Part shown: piece by piece, positions 22,501 to 33,436 of the stretch | Position numbering within the stretch: the stretch's first letter is position 1 | How the letters are laid out: the number at the start of each line of letters is the position of its first letter | Assembly (NCBI GenBank): GCA_020184695.1 | Contig: JAANOX010000146.1 | Span: 186,001-250,000 of the forward strand | Source of the DNA: Histomonas meleagridis 2922-C6/04-290x | Taxonomy: Eukaryota > Protista > Parabasalia | Reading direction: 5' to 3' | Length of the DNA: 64,000 nucleotides | Made by a program: the position numbers and the translations under genes | The notes under the pieces: generated by a model | The model's database searches: none | What the model saw: only the letters and a program-made list of their open reading frames with translations | Told to the model about the DNA's origin: nothing

Positions 22501-24530
22501 ATGATAATAAAACAAATATTATTCGATCTGCTATAAACGAAGAAGAAAATGAAATTAATGAAGAAGAAAATGAAGAAGAAGAAATTAAAAAATCAAATTC
22601 ACAAACATTTAACTTTAATTGGAATTATGATAATAATATAACTGATGATGATGATTATGATGATTGGAGTGAATCTGAATCAAGTGAATCGAAAACTGAA
22701 GAAAAAGAAGTTGTTATTGTTAATAATAATAATGAAAATAATGAAAATATTTTTAATGAAATGTTAAAGTTTTCGATTGAGTCGTTTTGTGATTTTTATG
22801 GAAATAATTTTGGCGATGCTGCAAGTGAATATATATTACGTTTTGGTTCTTCGATTAAAGAATTTAATTCACTTACGAACGAATCACAAAATGTTTTAAT
22901 TAATTCACTTTCTAAATTAATTGATTTATGTACATATTTATATTTATATTCAGCGATGTTACCAATTAATCCAAAAGAATTATTAACAATATCACAAACA
23001 CTATTTAATATACTTAACAATAATAACTATGAAATAAAATTCACAACAAATAATTTGATTAATTATAAACATAATAATTATAATCATTCAATTTATTTCG
23101 GTATTATTACAACGTTATTATGGACATATAATTATAAACCTTTTTATGACTTATTAACATTAAATGATAATGAATTTGTTTTTAATAAAAAAATGGATTT
23201 AAATGAACGATCTCGATTAAACATTGATATTTCATCATCGAATTTTCCGGAATTAATACCAAATCTTTTAAACCAATACATTCAAAGTAATGATAGTATA
23301 TTATCTATTGAACGAGATCGTTTTTTAATTATGTTTTTAATATATAAAATTATTAATGAAATCTCAATAAAATTCGACGAAACTACAAATAAATGGAATA
23401 AGTTACTAAATAAAAGATATAAATCAATGTTAAAGTCATTAAAGTATTATCAAATCTCTTTAAGTTGTCCAAGTTTTGAAGTACCGAAAATTAATAAAAA
23501 AGATTTTCATGTTGAAGATTATCCATTAGTCGAATTAATCATCCAAAAACATTATAACGAATTAAATCTATTTCATGAAATCCAAAAAAACGCAATTAAA
23601 AAGTTACCATCAACTCCGATATTTCGTAATTATCATTTAGCGTTAAGTTCACCGAAAGTTATTACATTACCATATATCGAAACTATTAATCATATTATTA
23701 ACATGTCATTAGACAGTAGTAAAATTGTCTTAAGTTCAAACAATAAAATATATTTAATGGACTTAAATAATTCTCCTGAAAAGATCGAAGAGATTTATGA
23801 ATTTTCTTCTGATGTATCTTTAATTCGACATCCTTTGTTTAATATATTTTTAATTGTTACGTTAAACGATGTGAAAATATTCGATTATCAATTCGGAATT
23901 TATGATTATAACTTCATAACATCGACGAAGAAAAATAAAATTAATTGCGTCGACTTTTCACCGAATGGTAAAAAAGTTGTAATATGTTCAACATTCATTG
24001 ATATCTTCGAATTCGACTTAAGTAAAATGAACGCCGAAAGTCAATTCTCGAAAGATTTTCAGGCACAAATTACTTCTGTTACATGGATAGATAATACATC
24101 GACTTTAGCTATTTCTTATTTACGGAATAATGTTTCGGTTCTGATTGTGTTTAACGTGTTAAATAAATTCGAAACATTAATCGAAACAAAAAATGAATGG
24201 GGAATAATAATATCGATGAAATATGAGTTTAAAAATGGGGTCTTAGTGTTCGGGACTGACTGTGGTTTCGTGTGTGTATGTAACATAAAAAAGAATAACG
24301 AATACGTCTGCATTTATAGCTTCGATTCATTTATTAATAACATTTCGATTTCGGATAATATTTTCTTGATTGGAACTGGAAAAGGTGAAATTTTGGCGTT
24401 TTCAACTGAGAAACCAAAAATTTCATCGAAAATTAATTACAATAAAACTTTGAATTGTTTGTCTTTCGCTGGTGATTATATCGCAGTGGGCGGAAACTCA
24501 AATTCTTTAACTATTTGGTATGCTCAATGA
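19521..24530 (+). CDS. RAVE complex Rav1 / DmX-like (rabconnectin-3 alpha) WD40 protein
   Basis: N- and C-terminal WD40 repeats and a Rav1p_C-like core ALKNAYSSLSHQNYEMASTLFLIANDLKSCVNVICNKLDDPLLAFLVIRL; likely ATG at 19521. Confidence 0.8.
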   Translation: MKIGAALYDKIKSIRFSFPLNSEFPNSISFAGVQTGGLVAYASSNNIIILIEGRWISAVLKGHKSRVCTVAFETHLPHIISCDVDSTCFFWHYHDSKWQNTNVVQLYSPATCIAWYNTRREVCISSQKGMFFHSISELGQSPGKRMCLQSTFCRYNFDGSLLVSFYSKTLTVFILSTSPNLSQVIRHPGQIVSFDFHPHSPIFMTITSDNILRIWYQSSLLSFSCTSAIQVPYHGMFLYEPFIFNSIKSHHIESSAKIVFVDNKNQLFKVEIGPNGELPSKIEFPNSKNVKERTLISIRKTNQGIEGLFIGDNYISILSKNPHKFYYHNHNIIQADFSENSNFLFTLDSNGELFVWAIFTPYKSNNFISKDVKNAVWISSNELLYILNNEFYIYNTETKTNSKYNFPNVENIYKLYFIDNEIFAITKNQIILKDKTINIKEFDIISISKSFRKQFIIITTIFSTNQINVILYPSMETIQCNERDENIKIISISALSLISFVILTEENLEFWYLIENKFQCTNEIYLPNMRGIYCDITYLGGRIYSYDNKRVYLITNGVIPILTLRDTTLMCIDNIGNICVISNETFNVYPRWCIQETEKNFLENSNTIIGGDQPLTNVHNMTETILPKIIAPVYNNYMISPKTIFSNDQKEVHIIQSTLFHLYEFNLLDKLNHCIPQQIPAIPNQDIIQIALKIPNNYNKETHLTLYNKIQQIKEDIDLFGYRYLMSVLETTNPPSYFALWLSFSSRQSQIIMYLKKFIDSNSLSKYNISSSIHSHNLLIDIVKASLLNMWKLYNKVEPVALLYAALGNLSKISKLYKITNDIARSEYFSKDFSKISNRKSALKNAYSSLSHQNYEMASTLFLIANDLKSCVNVICNKLDDPLLAFLVIRLITKSNYNSEEMKWFLSIINWNDDIIPILISNLFKDNVKCEQLLRKVIIENDLSKNISQFGDRRITLFQIYNHISKKIDILPQVSLNLLFDGLSPLAFYINNLNDNKTNIIRSAINEEENEINEEENEEEEIKKSNSQTFNFNWNYDNNITDDDDYDDWSESESSESKTEEKEVVIVNNNNENNENIFNEMLKFSIESFCDFYGNNFGDAASEYILRFGSSIKEFNSLTNESQNVLINSLSKLIDLCTYLYLYSAMLPINPKELLTISQTLFNILNNNNYEIKFTTNNLINYKHNNYNHSIYFGIITTLLWTYNYKPFYDLLTLNDNEFVFNKKMDLNERSRLNIDISSSNFPELIPNLLNQYIQSNDSILSIERDRFLIMFLIYKIINEISIKFDETTNKWNKLLNKRYKSMLKSLKYYQISLSCPSFEVPKINKKDFHVEDYPLVELIIQKHYNELNLFHEIQKNAIKKLPSTPIFRNYHLALSSPKVITLPYIETINHIINMSLDSSKIVLSSNNKIYLMDLNNSPEKIEEIYEFSSDVSLIRHPLFNIFLIVTLNDVKIFDYQFGIYDYNFITSTKKNKINCVDFSPNGKKVVICSTFIDIFEFDLSKMNAESQFSKDFQAQITSVTWIDNTSTLAISYLRNNVSVLIVFNVLNKFETLIETKNEWGIIISMKYEFKNGVLVFGTDCGFVCVCNIKKNNEYVCIYSFDSFINNISISDNIFLIGTGKGEILAFSTEKPKISSKINYNKTLNCLSFAGDYIAVGGNSNSLTIWYAQ

Positions 24531-24854
24531 TGTTTTTATTTTTGAGAATAATAAATATTAGTTATAAATAATATTTTTTTTTTATTACTAAATGATAAGT
24601 TGTGTCAATTCAAAATCATAAAACTTAATTAGACTCACAACATGTTGTGAACACAATTTATAGATTAATCAAACAAACAAACAAAAATATCCTCAAACAA
24701 ACGAAGTATTCCACATTAGAAAACGATGGTGAAGAACACTCAAAAATTGCGATCCGAGTTTTTACATTGAAAACCTTTTATTCAAATATTGATTGGAGCA
24801 CTTTCAAAATTCAATATATTATTTCGGTTTGTGGCTGGCCAGTCTCCACGAAAA

Positions 24855-25460
24855 ATGGATCCAAAGACTGTTTTTGTTACCAACATCAACTTCAAGGCAA
24901 AGCAAGAAGAACTCTCAAACTTCTTTGGCAAATTTGGTAAAGTAAAGGCAACAAGAATCTTGAATGAAAGATACCGTGGTCAATTAGTTCCAAGAGGTAT
25001 CGGTTTCATCGAGTTCGAAAATGAAGATGGCATGAAGGCCGCTATCAAGGCTGCTGAAGAAGCTGAAGCTCAAAAGAAGCCAATCCAATTCCTAGGTCGC
25101 AATCTTAGGATCCGCCAAGCTAAGGTCCGCCCAGAGCGCAAGATGGATGCTGTCTTTGTTGGCGGCATTCCTGAAGGCGCAACAGTTGATGAATTGAAAG
25201 AAGCTTTCAAGGCATTTAACCCACTTGACGCAAAAATCATCCGTTACAACAAAGGTGAAGCATTCGGCTTTGCCTTTATCAAGTTCTCTGGTCCAGCAGA
25301 TCAAGCTAAGGCCTCAAAAGAAGGAAAGATTCAATTCAAGGGAGCTGAATCAATCGTTAGACCAGCACGTCGTGATTATGATGCACCAAGAAGAATTTCA
25401 CGTCGTTTCCGTCGTGGTCGTAGGAACTTCCGCCGTGCACCAAAACAACAAAATCAGTAA
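24855..25460 (+). CDS. Two-RRM RNA-binding protein with Arg-rich tail
   Basis: RNP2 VFVTNI and VFVGGI, RNP1 RGIGFIEF and FGFAFIKF; high-expression codon usage; ATG at 24855. Confidence 0.9.
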   Translation: MDPKTVFVTNINFKAKQEELSNFFGKFGKVKATRILNERYRGQLVPRGIGFIEFENEDGMKAAIKAAEEAEAQKKPIQFLGRNLRIRQAKVRPERKMDAVFVGGIPEGATVDELKEAFKAFNPLDAKIIRYNKGEAFGFAFIKFSGPADQAKASKEGKIQFKGAESIVRPARRDYDAPRRISRRFRRGRRNFRRAPKQQNQ

Positions 25461-26077
25461 AGGAGACTGATTTTCATTATAATTATCTTTACTTTTAAAT
25501 GTGTTAGATTCAAAGATAAAATCACTTCAGAAAAATAAATTATATTAATTAAATTTGTAATTGTAATTGTACTGATAATTTCATCTCATAAAACTTAGGC
25601 TTAATCCTAAGTGGAGAAATACTTTTAACATGTTCTAAATACTAAAATTATTGAATTTAGTAGGTTTTTTGAAAATCATTTTTTGCCTTTGAACAAAAAT
25701 TTTTGTTTTGCTGTATATAGATCATTTGTATTCATAGGAATTATATATATATTTTTGTGGTTTTTATAACTTTTTTTATAAAATTTCCATATGATCAAAT
25801 TTAATTTTAAAATTATGTCAAAGGAAAGTACATATTAAACAATATGAAGAATTTTTTTGTAAAAATCATTAAACCATATCATTTCTTGAGATACTTCAAG
25901 GAAGGAATGATTTTTCGTTAAACATTCTAATGCTTACCGAAAACAGTTTTTTTCATAGCTTTACATATTTTCATCTGAATTAAAATTAACGTTGAATACA
26001 AAAAGTCGGGTAGCAATTTGGCATTTAACTTTTGTGCGGATGAAAATCGCGGGCTTTTTATTCTTCATTTTCAAAAG

Positions 26078-26671
26078 ATGTATAACCCTGCGAACCCACA
26101 ACCAGATTATACCGCATGGCAAACGCAACAAACAGCGGCCCCACAGCCAACAAATGACATTGAAGAAGCTGATAATTCTAGAAGGCCTCCAAATGCGTTC
26201 ATCTTATATTCACAGACAATGAGAACAGAAGTGAGACAAAAAAATCCTACACTTTCGAATACAGAAGTCAGCCGTATATTAGGTAAAATGTGGAAAGAAG
26301 TACCAAATGAAGTTAAATTACAATACAAACAAAAAGCTGCAAGTCTCCAAGAAGAGTTCAAAAAAGAGCATCCCAACTATGTGTATAGAAAAGCACGCAG
26401 GAAGAGAGCATTAAATGAACTACTAACAAAGAACAATGGATTTTCAAATGGCTATTACGATCAGATGCTACAAATGAGCATGATGCCAATGGGTATGATG
26501 ACTATGAATGTGATGCAAGGAAATCAAATGGGATACCCCCAACAAGGGATGCCACAGATGGGACAAATTAATTCAATGAACCAATTACAGAGTTACCCTC
26601 AACCCCAACAGCAACAAGGAATGTACGGGTCTGTTAATCCAGGATATTCAATGCCACCTGAAGATAAATAA
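26078..26671 (+). CDS. HMG-box (SOX/MATA-type) transcription factor with Q/M-rich tail
   Basis: RRPPNAFILYSQTMR...NPTLSNTEVSRILGKMWKEVP...HPNYVYR; Inr TCATT at 26065-26069. Confidence 0.9.
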   Translation: MYNPANPQPDYTAWQTQQTAAPQPTNDIEEADNSRRPPNAFILYSQTMRTEVRQKNPTLSNTEVSRILGKMWKEVPNEVKLQYKQKAASLQEEFKKEHPNYVYRKARRKRALNELLTKNNGFSNGYYDQMLQMSMMPMGMMTMNVMQGNQMGYPQQGMPQMGQINSMNQLQSYPQPQQQQGMYGSVNPGYSMPPEDK

Positions 26672-26916
26672 TAAATGATCTTTTTTTTAGTAAAAATATC
26701 CTTTAAAAAAACATCATTTTAAATCTTAACATATTTTTTTTTTCAATGTTTCACATAAATTTATGAATTTTGCTGATATCATCGTTATTCAAGAAATTTT
26801 TCATCTTATTTATTTTATTTACACCTAACTATTGAAACAGTCCTATTCCTCATTATTAAAAAGTTACATGCTAACGTTCTTTTCATTTCAATTTTTGACT
26901 ATGTCTGCTTGTATCA

Positions 26917-27789
26917 ATGGTTTTTATTTTTTTTCTGGGATTTATACAGTATGGTTATAAACAAATTATGGTGAATGATTTTTTACCACTAACAGTATGT
27001 CTAGATAATTGCACTAGTTCTTTGATTCAATTTACAAAAAATCAATTAAATTTGACATTTGTTGATTCACCATCAAAACAATATATCTTAAGTGATTTAA
27101 TGAGGCAAATAAGAGTTTCAAATTCATGTTTTGTTTTATCAAGTTCATCAAGCCAATACGTAAATTTATGGACTTTTCCTCTTTCTCTCTGTCCTAATTC
27201 CATTTTAATGATCACATATAATAGCGAGTTTCGATATGATTATATTCTTGAGCCGAATGAAACGACATGTTTCTTTTTTTCAGATCCAATCAAACATCAT
27301 GTTTTAATATCAAAATCCACAGGTTATTTTAATTCATCTTTTTCAACAACTTTTTATGGTTCAAGCTCTCATCAATCTTTTTCTATAGTTAAAGCATGTA
27401 ATTCTAGTGAAAAATGTTATTTTTCTTCATTTGAACCATTTTTCATCCAAATAACATCGAAAACGTCATCAAAAATATCTGTTTCATTATCAACTTTTAA
27501 GTCATTTTTTACTGATTTGAATTGTTTTGCTGAATTAGTTCAAAATGTCACTGATTTCATTGGAGATTTTAAACTTCAAACTTCGAAATTAACAATCAGA
27601 AAATGTAAAAGTTTAATAAATGAATTCAAAGAATTTGGACTCGTTTTAATTCCAATGACTTTTTCGTTTATTGTTCTTGTGTTGTTTTTGAGTTTTCATA
27701 ATGTATTCTGTAAGCAAAAGATAAATGCAAAAAATAAAATTATAGAAAATGACACAGAAAAGTTAATAAATGAAGAAACAAATGAATAA
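26917..27789 (+). CDS. Hypothetical single-pass membrane protein (290 aa)
   Basis: Hydrophobic N-terminus, Cys-containing ectodomain, TM LVLIPMTFSFIVLVLFLSF. Confidence 0.65.
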   Translation: MVFIFFLGFIQYGYKQIMVNDFLPLTVCLDNCTSSLIQFTKNQLNLTFVDSPSKQYILSDLMRQIRVSNSCFVLSSSSSQYVNLWTFPLSLCPNSILMITYNSEFRYDYILEPNETTCFFFSDPIKHHVLISKSTGYFNSSFSTTFYGSSSHQSFSIVKACNSSEKCYFSSFEPFFIQITSKTSSKISVSLSTFKSFFTDLNCFAELVQNVTDFIGDFKLQTSKLTIRKCKSLINEFKEFGLVLIPMTFSFIVLVLFLSFHNVFCKQKINAKNKIIENDTEKLINEETNE

Positions 27790-30700
27790 TATGTTAAGAA
27801 TAAAGAAACTCCCTCTCTAATTAATTGTGCAATTCCATCATAAGTACCACGAATGAAATTTTCACTATTGTAAGAAATTTTAACTGTTCAACCATGTTCT
27901 TCTATAGGATATAATAAATTAAATTTTAAAAAAAAAAATCAAGTTTTTTTTCTAAGGTTTGAGCCTGTTTTTTTCTGGGCTAGCAAGCTCCTACCAATAA
28001 ATCTATTATTTTTCAATAACATGAAATCTTCTTCTGATATTAACGCATCATCTACTTTGAAGTAATAAACTTTGACAAGATTCTTTATTAAATTCATTTT
28101 GTCATTAAAGTTCTATAAAACACTTTTTGCAAATTGTGGATAACTGAAGCTTTCAACATAAAGATTCACCGTATCGACAAATCTTGAGATTCCGTCTGCA
28201 TTGTACGTATTTTGATACATAAGGTTCGAATTCATCAATATACTTATTGACGTTATTTACAGGGGAAAAAACTTTAGACAAACCCGACCTTATTTTATCT
28301 GCAATCTCTATGGCAAATGAATATACGTTATCAAAACATCCGAATTCAAACATTATTTTCTGCATTAATCCAGAGAATTTATAATATCTTGATACATTAA
28401 TTTTTTTTCTGATTTCAACAAATCAATAACATCTTAAATTTCTTCCAAACGCAAAGGTATTTCTTTTTCTTCTGGAGTGTATCCAAAAAAACTTTTTGTT
28501 TGATTAACTTTTTTAGAATAAATTGATAAAGGTTTTTATCAGCAACAAATATTTTACTGTAAGAATTTAATGTTTTTTCGTTTGATTTGTTATAACTCCA
28601 TGATAGCTTATTCATTGTTTGTTGATTTATTGAAATTAGAAGTTTATGTTGTATCATCAGATATATTAAGCTTCTTATACCAGACATTTTTCAGAAAATG
28701 AATATATTTTGTCATCAAATTTTGATAACATCATTTTTATGTTATGATTTTTAAATCCTGAATCGAAATTAATTTTTTCATGATTGTTTTTATAACATTT
28801 CGATACATTAACTTTAGAATTTAGCATATAATGGTTTTTTATAATTATTAGTTTTATTTCTCTGTTGTAATTCTCACCAAATATCTTGACACGCGTTATG
28901 CCAAAGGCTCGAACCTCACATGGTTCGGTATGTTTGGTTACTGGATTAAATATTTTGACTCCGATTTTTATTTCCAATGAATCAAAATTGTTTTTAACTC
29001 ACTTTTTGGGACCGTTCGAGTTTGAATTAGACTCTTCAATAATTACAATTCATTCTCTTTCAATACTTCCTCTGTTTTCGAACGTGAAATCTTTTTGTTT
29101 TATTAAATTTTTAGTTATTTTATTTGTTGGATTGTAAACTTCGCGTTCAAAATCTTCCGATCCATTTTTGCATAATTCATTTTTCTCATAACTGAAACGT
29201 TCAACTAAATGGTAGATTCATTAAATTATTAATTTCCTAGGGAATGTATTATGCTCTTCCTATTGATATTCTATATTTTAATTGATTAACACTTAATCTT
29301 ATATTATTTTGATATTCTTCGTCATCAACTTCAATAGGAGTTAAAGTATTTCTATTAACAAAATTTATCGGTACAGTCTATTGTAATTTTTCAAATAAAT
29401 TTCTAACTTCTTTTTTGCGTAATTTTTTCGGCATTTTATCAACAATGATAAAATAAATATTTTTAGAACTAAGTTTAATTTTTTTCATTTAATTTTTGTA
29501 GCATAATATGTTCTATGAACGTTCGTAACCTTCCAATTTTTTGTTTCCTCAAGCATTGGACCGATCGGTCGATGTCAGCTTGAAGTATCATCCACTATTT
29601 AACTGCTTTCAACATTTTGACTATTGACATAACTAATATTTTTTCTTTATTCGGAAAATATTTTTCAACAAAATCATAAATATTTCCATTATCTTCTTTT
29701 TCATCAACTTCTTCTTTAATTTTTTTTATTTTATTTTTTAATCTTATTTCCGTATTTTTTTTTTTTGAACATTTGTTATTTTCCACGTTTCTTTTCTTCA
29801 AGCATTGCTTTTATCTCATCTTTCCTGATAATGCACTTCAACTTCTTCTTGTATCCTTTTAATTTCATCTTGCGATTCTTCTTCCGCTTCTTGCCTTCTA
29901 TCTTCGATAAAATATTCATATTCTCTCATCATTTCTTCGCACTTTGCACACTTCAGTGAGTGATATTTTGCATTAAATTTATAAACCTCAGCCGAAAAAT
30001 TCATTTAAGCTTCAATGACTTTATCAACATCATACATTTCAATGCTAAATTCATTAGATTCTTTACCGCGTGGATCTTTATTTCTAATTTTCCAGCAATA
30101 CTCAGCTAATAATTCATAAAAATCATCAATTATCTTTAATTCAGACCTTAGCGTAATTTTGAGGCGTCAGCATTATATGTTAATGTTTAACTTTCAAATA
30201 TTGAGTGATTGCAAGAAAAGGTTTGTGTTTATCTGTTAATTTTTCTTATTAATGCTTTTATTTCTGTTGAAACACTTTTATCAATCTCAATTTTTGAAAA
30301 ACTTTTAACTGAAACATTAAGCGTTAATTCTGGTATATTCATCGCGGGAATAGATTTTGCAAATTCTAAAATTTGCTCCGAATATTTTCGATTCCTTTCT
30401 GATTTAACTTCAACTGGAAGTTGATGATTCAAAATTTTATTTTTATATTTTTTAATAATATTTGCATAATCATTTACTGAATCATTAATTATATTTTTAA
30501 TCTTTATATTTTTCAATTTAGTCAAACATAAAGCAGATGTCTGATTATCCGAGACCGAACAGGTTCGAGCCTTCAGCAAGACAAGAGCCGAACGGTACAA
30601 TAATATTATGTTTAATGGTGTCTTCTATTTGGGAAATTTCTCCTGCGTGATGTTTTGCGGTACAGATTCCAATAAATTATCTATAAAAACCATTGCAATT

Positions 30701-31345
30701 GCATTGCTTTTTACTAACGATTAGTAGGATCAGTAACTGTAGTATAATTATAAATTTAATTTTTAAGTCTCGATTTATAAACATTACCTGTTATAAATAC
30801 TGGAGAACCAATTTCAAAATCATTTAATGTTGATGTAGCGTCTATAGGTGAATTATGAGTTATTGTTATATTAATCAGATTAAGGTCACCTGACCTCCAC
30901 TGCTTGATATTATTGCTACTTTATACTGACCTTGTGTATGATGCCAAAATCATAATTTATTTTGATAAAAAGCTATTCTCCAAGTATACGTTCCAGGCGC
31001 TTCTGTTTATTGGTCGTGGTATACGAAATCTACAAACCGACCTGTTTTTAATACTGCATTTTGATATGGAACGATAAATTAGGTTAATGCGTGTGACTAC
31101 TCGATGAAAACGTCGACGGCTTATCAGTAATATTATTATAACTATGTGAATGACCATTTAGTGAAAAAGTATTAACATTAATATAATTGATAGAATTACA
31201 ATATATGTTATTATCATTTCCATCGTAATTAATAACATCATCATTATTATCAAGTTAACCGAAATACATAACATTGCCAGTAAATCTCCTTTCCTCATAA
31301 CAAAGTAGCTAACCAGATAAACAGAATAGCCAAAAAGTTACGTTT

Positions 31346-32247
31346 GCAAAAGTAAATATCCAAAAAAATGACGCGTGCATAACAAAGTCGCTTGCAAAAA
31401 AATAAATATTCAATGTTTGTGAATAAATATTAATGTATTTTTATTTAATCTCAAATTTTTATGTCACAAATGAATTCGTCTGCACAATCAACTTTAACAG
31501 ATGATAAATACTGATGGGAGATAAATTTTATAAATGAAAAAATTGAATAAACAAACGCTAAGGTGAAAAATTCTTTTTGAAGTTTTATCATCATTTTTCC
31601 TTATTTTTATTACTGAATGTCAAATTACTCTCAAAATATTCAATCGAATATACATGTATAATGAAAAAATTTCTCTGCATATAAAATCAAAATCAGAATA
31701 CTTCACACCCTTAAATAATACTTTGTATGCAACTGTGTAATATGTTATGATATATCATTTGATTTACAACAGAGTTGCAATGAATTTTTGAGTGGTTAAA
31801 AAAGTGACGTAAAATTTTTAAACCATTCAAATCCCGTCACAACGTGATTCTGGTTATACAGTATGTAATAAAGCATAAAGAAGTGGAAATATTTCATTTG
31901 ATAACTGCTTCACGAGACTTAATCTGAACTGAGTCCTATTCCTACGAACTTTTAGACAAAAGAGTAAAAAACAATTTATTTATTCATCAAAATGTACCTG
32001 TCCTTATTTTGTGTTGTAAACTTTTCAAATTTGGATATTTAGTTTTGCTAGCGGTATACCCTGTTTTTCTGCCTGTTTGTAAACCTTTCAATTTTGGGTA
32101 TTTACTTTTGTCTTAGGTATATTTTGTTTTGCACGCGTCACTTTTTCGATACTTCGTTTTGAGATCAATAAATTTATATTTGCATTAGAGGTATTTGTTT
32201 TTGCAGACGGTTTGTAAACTTCTCAATTTCGGATATTTCGTTTTGCT
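31346..32247. repeat. 35-bp degenerate direct repeats (32015, 32078, 32213) plus an inverted partner (31346-31379 versus 32130-32161)
   Basis: Consensus TGTAAACYTYTCAAWTTYGGRTATTTMSTTTTG; TGCACGCGTCA occurs in both orientations. Confidence 0.7.
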
Positions 32248-32407
32248 GACCTTATAAAAGCAATTGCAACGAGCTGTAATTCTCTATTAAATATAGCTTT
32301 TTAACGGATTATCTTATAATGATAACATCAAGGGGCCCTGAGGCGAAACCGTAAGGGGGCCTGTAGATGTTCTGTGTGTGTGTGTACAGCAGATTCCTCT
32401 TGTACTA

Positions 32408-32940
32408 TCATCTCTCAATGATATAACCAATTCGACTTGTTGTTGATATGTATTTTTTTTTTTTTTTGTCAGAAATTTCTTCTTCATGTTGTATTAAAAT
32501 CTCTCTTTTTTCATCAGGTAACGGTTGTAATGTTCCCTCAACAAAACTCTCCAAAGGGGCTTCAAAACGTAAATATGTATTTCGCGAATTTTTGACTGAT
32601 ATCTTCTCATCCACTTCTTCATTATCAGAAGATGAACTTTCTACAAGAATTTCGTCGAAATTGGTGCAATTACTATAGGGTATTAGCAATGGCCGATTTT
32701 CCTGAGCATTTAATTGCTCATATTTACTAAGCATCTCTCTTAATCTTTCCACAAAGTGATCTCCGTCTTCTATATCATCACAAGGAACCGTGGATTTTAC
32801 TTCGTTGTGGTCTGATAGAATTCTTCTTCCCATGCATGATCGATCAAGTTATTTATTGACTTTTTAATCAATTCAATCTCTACTGGGATACTCGAGGATG
32901 CTTTTCTTGGTCTACCTCTTCCTCTCTTTAAACCATTCAT
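32408..32940 (-). pseudogene. Frameshifted AT-hook protein
   Basis: ATG at 32940 gives MNGLKRGRGRPRKASS...; the continuation (ORF 32408-32833) is in another frame. Confidence 0.5.
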
Positions 32941-33436
32941 AGTTTAGTCTTCTAATATTGAAATAGTAAACGGAAAACAATCAATAAACGTTCAATCTGA
33001 GTGCACATTATAGATCACTTCACATTATCATTAAATCTCTTTATATATATTAGCTAGCTTAAATTAAAAATATGAAATAAAAGTAACTATAATTTTAAGA
33101 GATAAGAAATATAACTATAAGTATAAAATTTAAAAAAATGAAAATAAAATTTTTAATGCTTAATAATTTTATCAAAATTAGGAATTAAATGAAATTAACA
33201 GCTGTATGCATACTTATGCATTCTCTTACATAACTTAATACTGTTTAATAAATAAAAATTATAAAATTTTAACTTATATTTTTATCATATTCATAGTTTA
33301 CATCAAACTGAATATTCAGCGCTGAATATGTCATTTTTAACTTATATCATTTGGGGAGGGCAAAAATGGTAATAAAAACATTGATTGGTGTAAACATGGT
33401 ATTTTTTCTAAAAATAATAATTAATTTTGGTTTTTA

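Larger units (their letters stand above)
27800..32950 (-). mobile_element. Decayed multi-ORF region, probably the remnant of a large DNA transposon or virus-like element
   Basis: A run of co-oriented minus-strand ORF fragments broken by stops and frameshifts, no intact housekeeping gene, and a repeat array at 31346-32247. The family is not identifiable by eye. Confidence 0.4.

Noticed and set aside
30957-31157. Helitron Rep-like motif CRFRIPRP
   Set aside because: Only a 4-5 residue resemblance; no HUH motif or helicase remnants recognised nearby.
32015-32247. CRISPR-like array
   Set aside because: Eukaryotic context, degenerate repeats, irregular spacing (63 and 135 nt), no cas genes.
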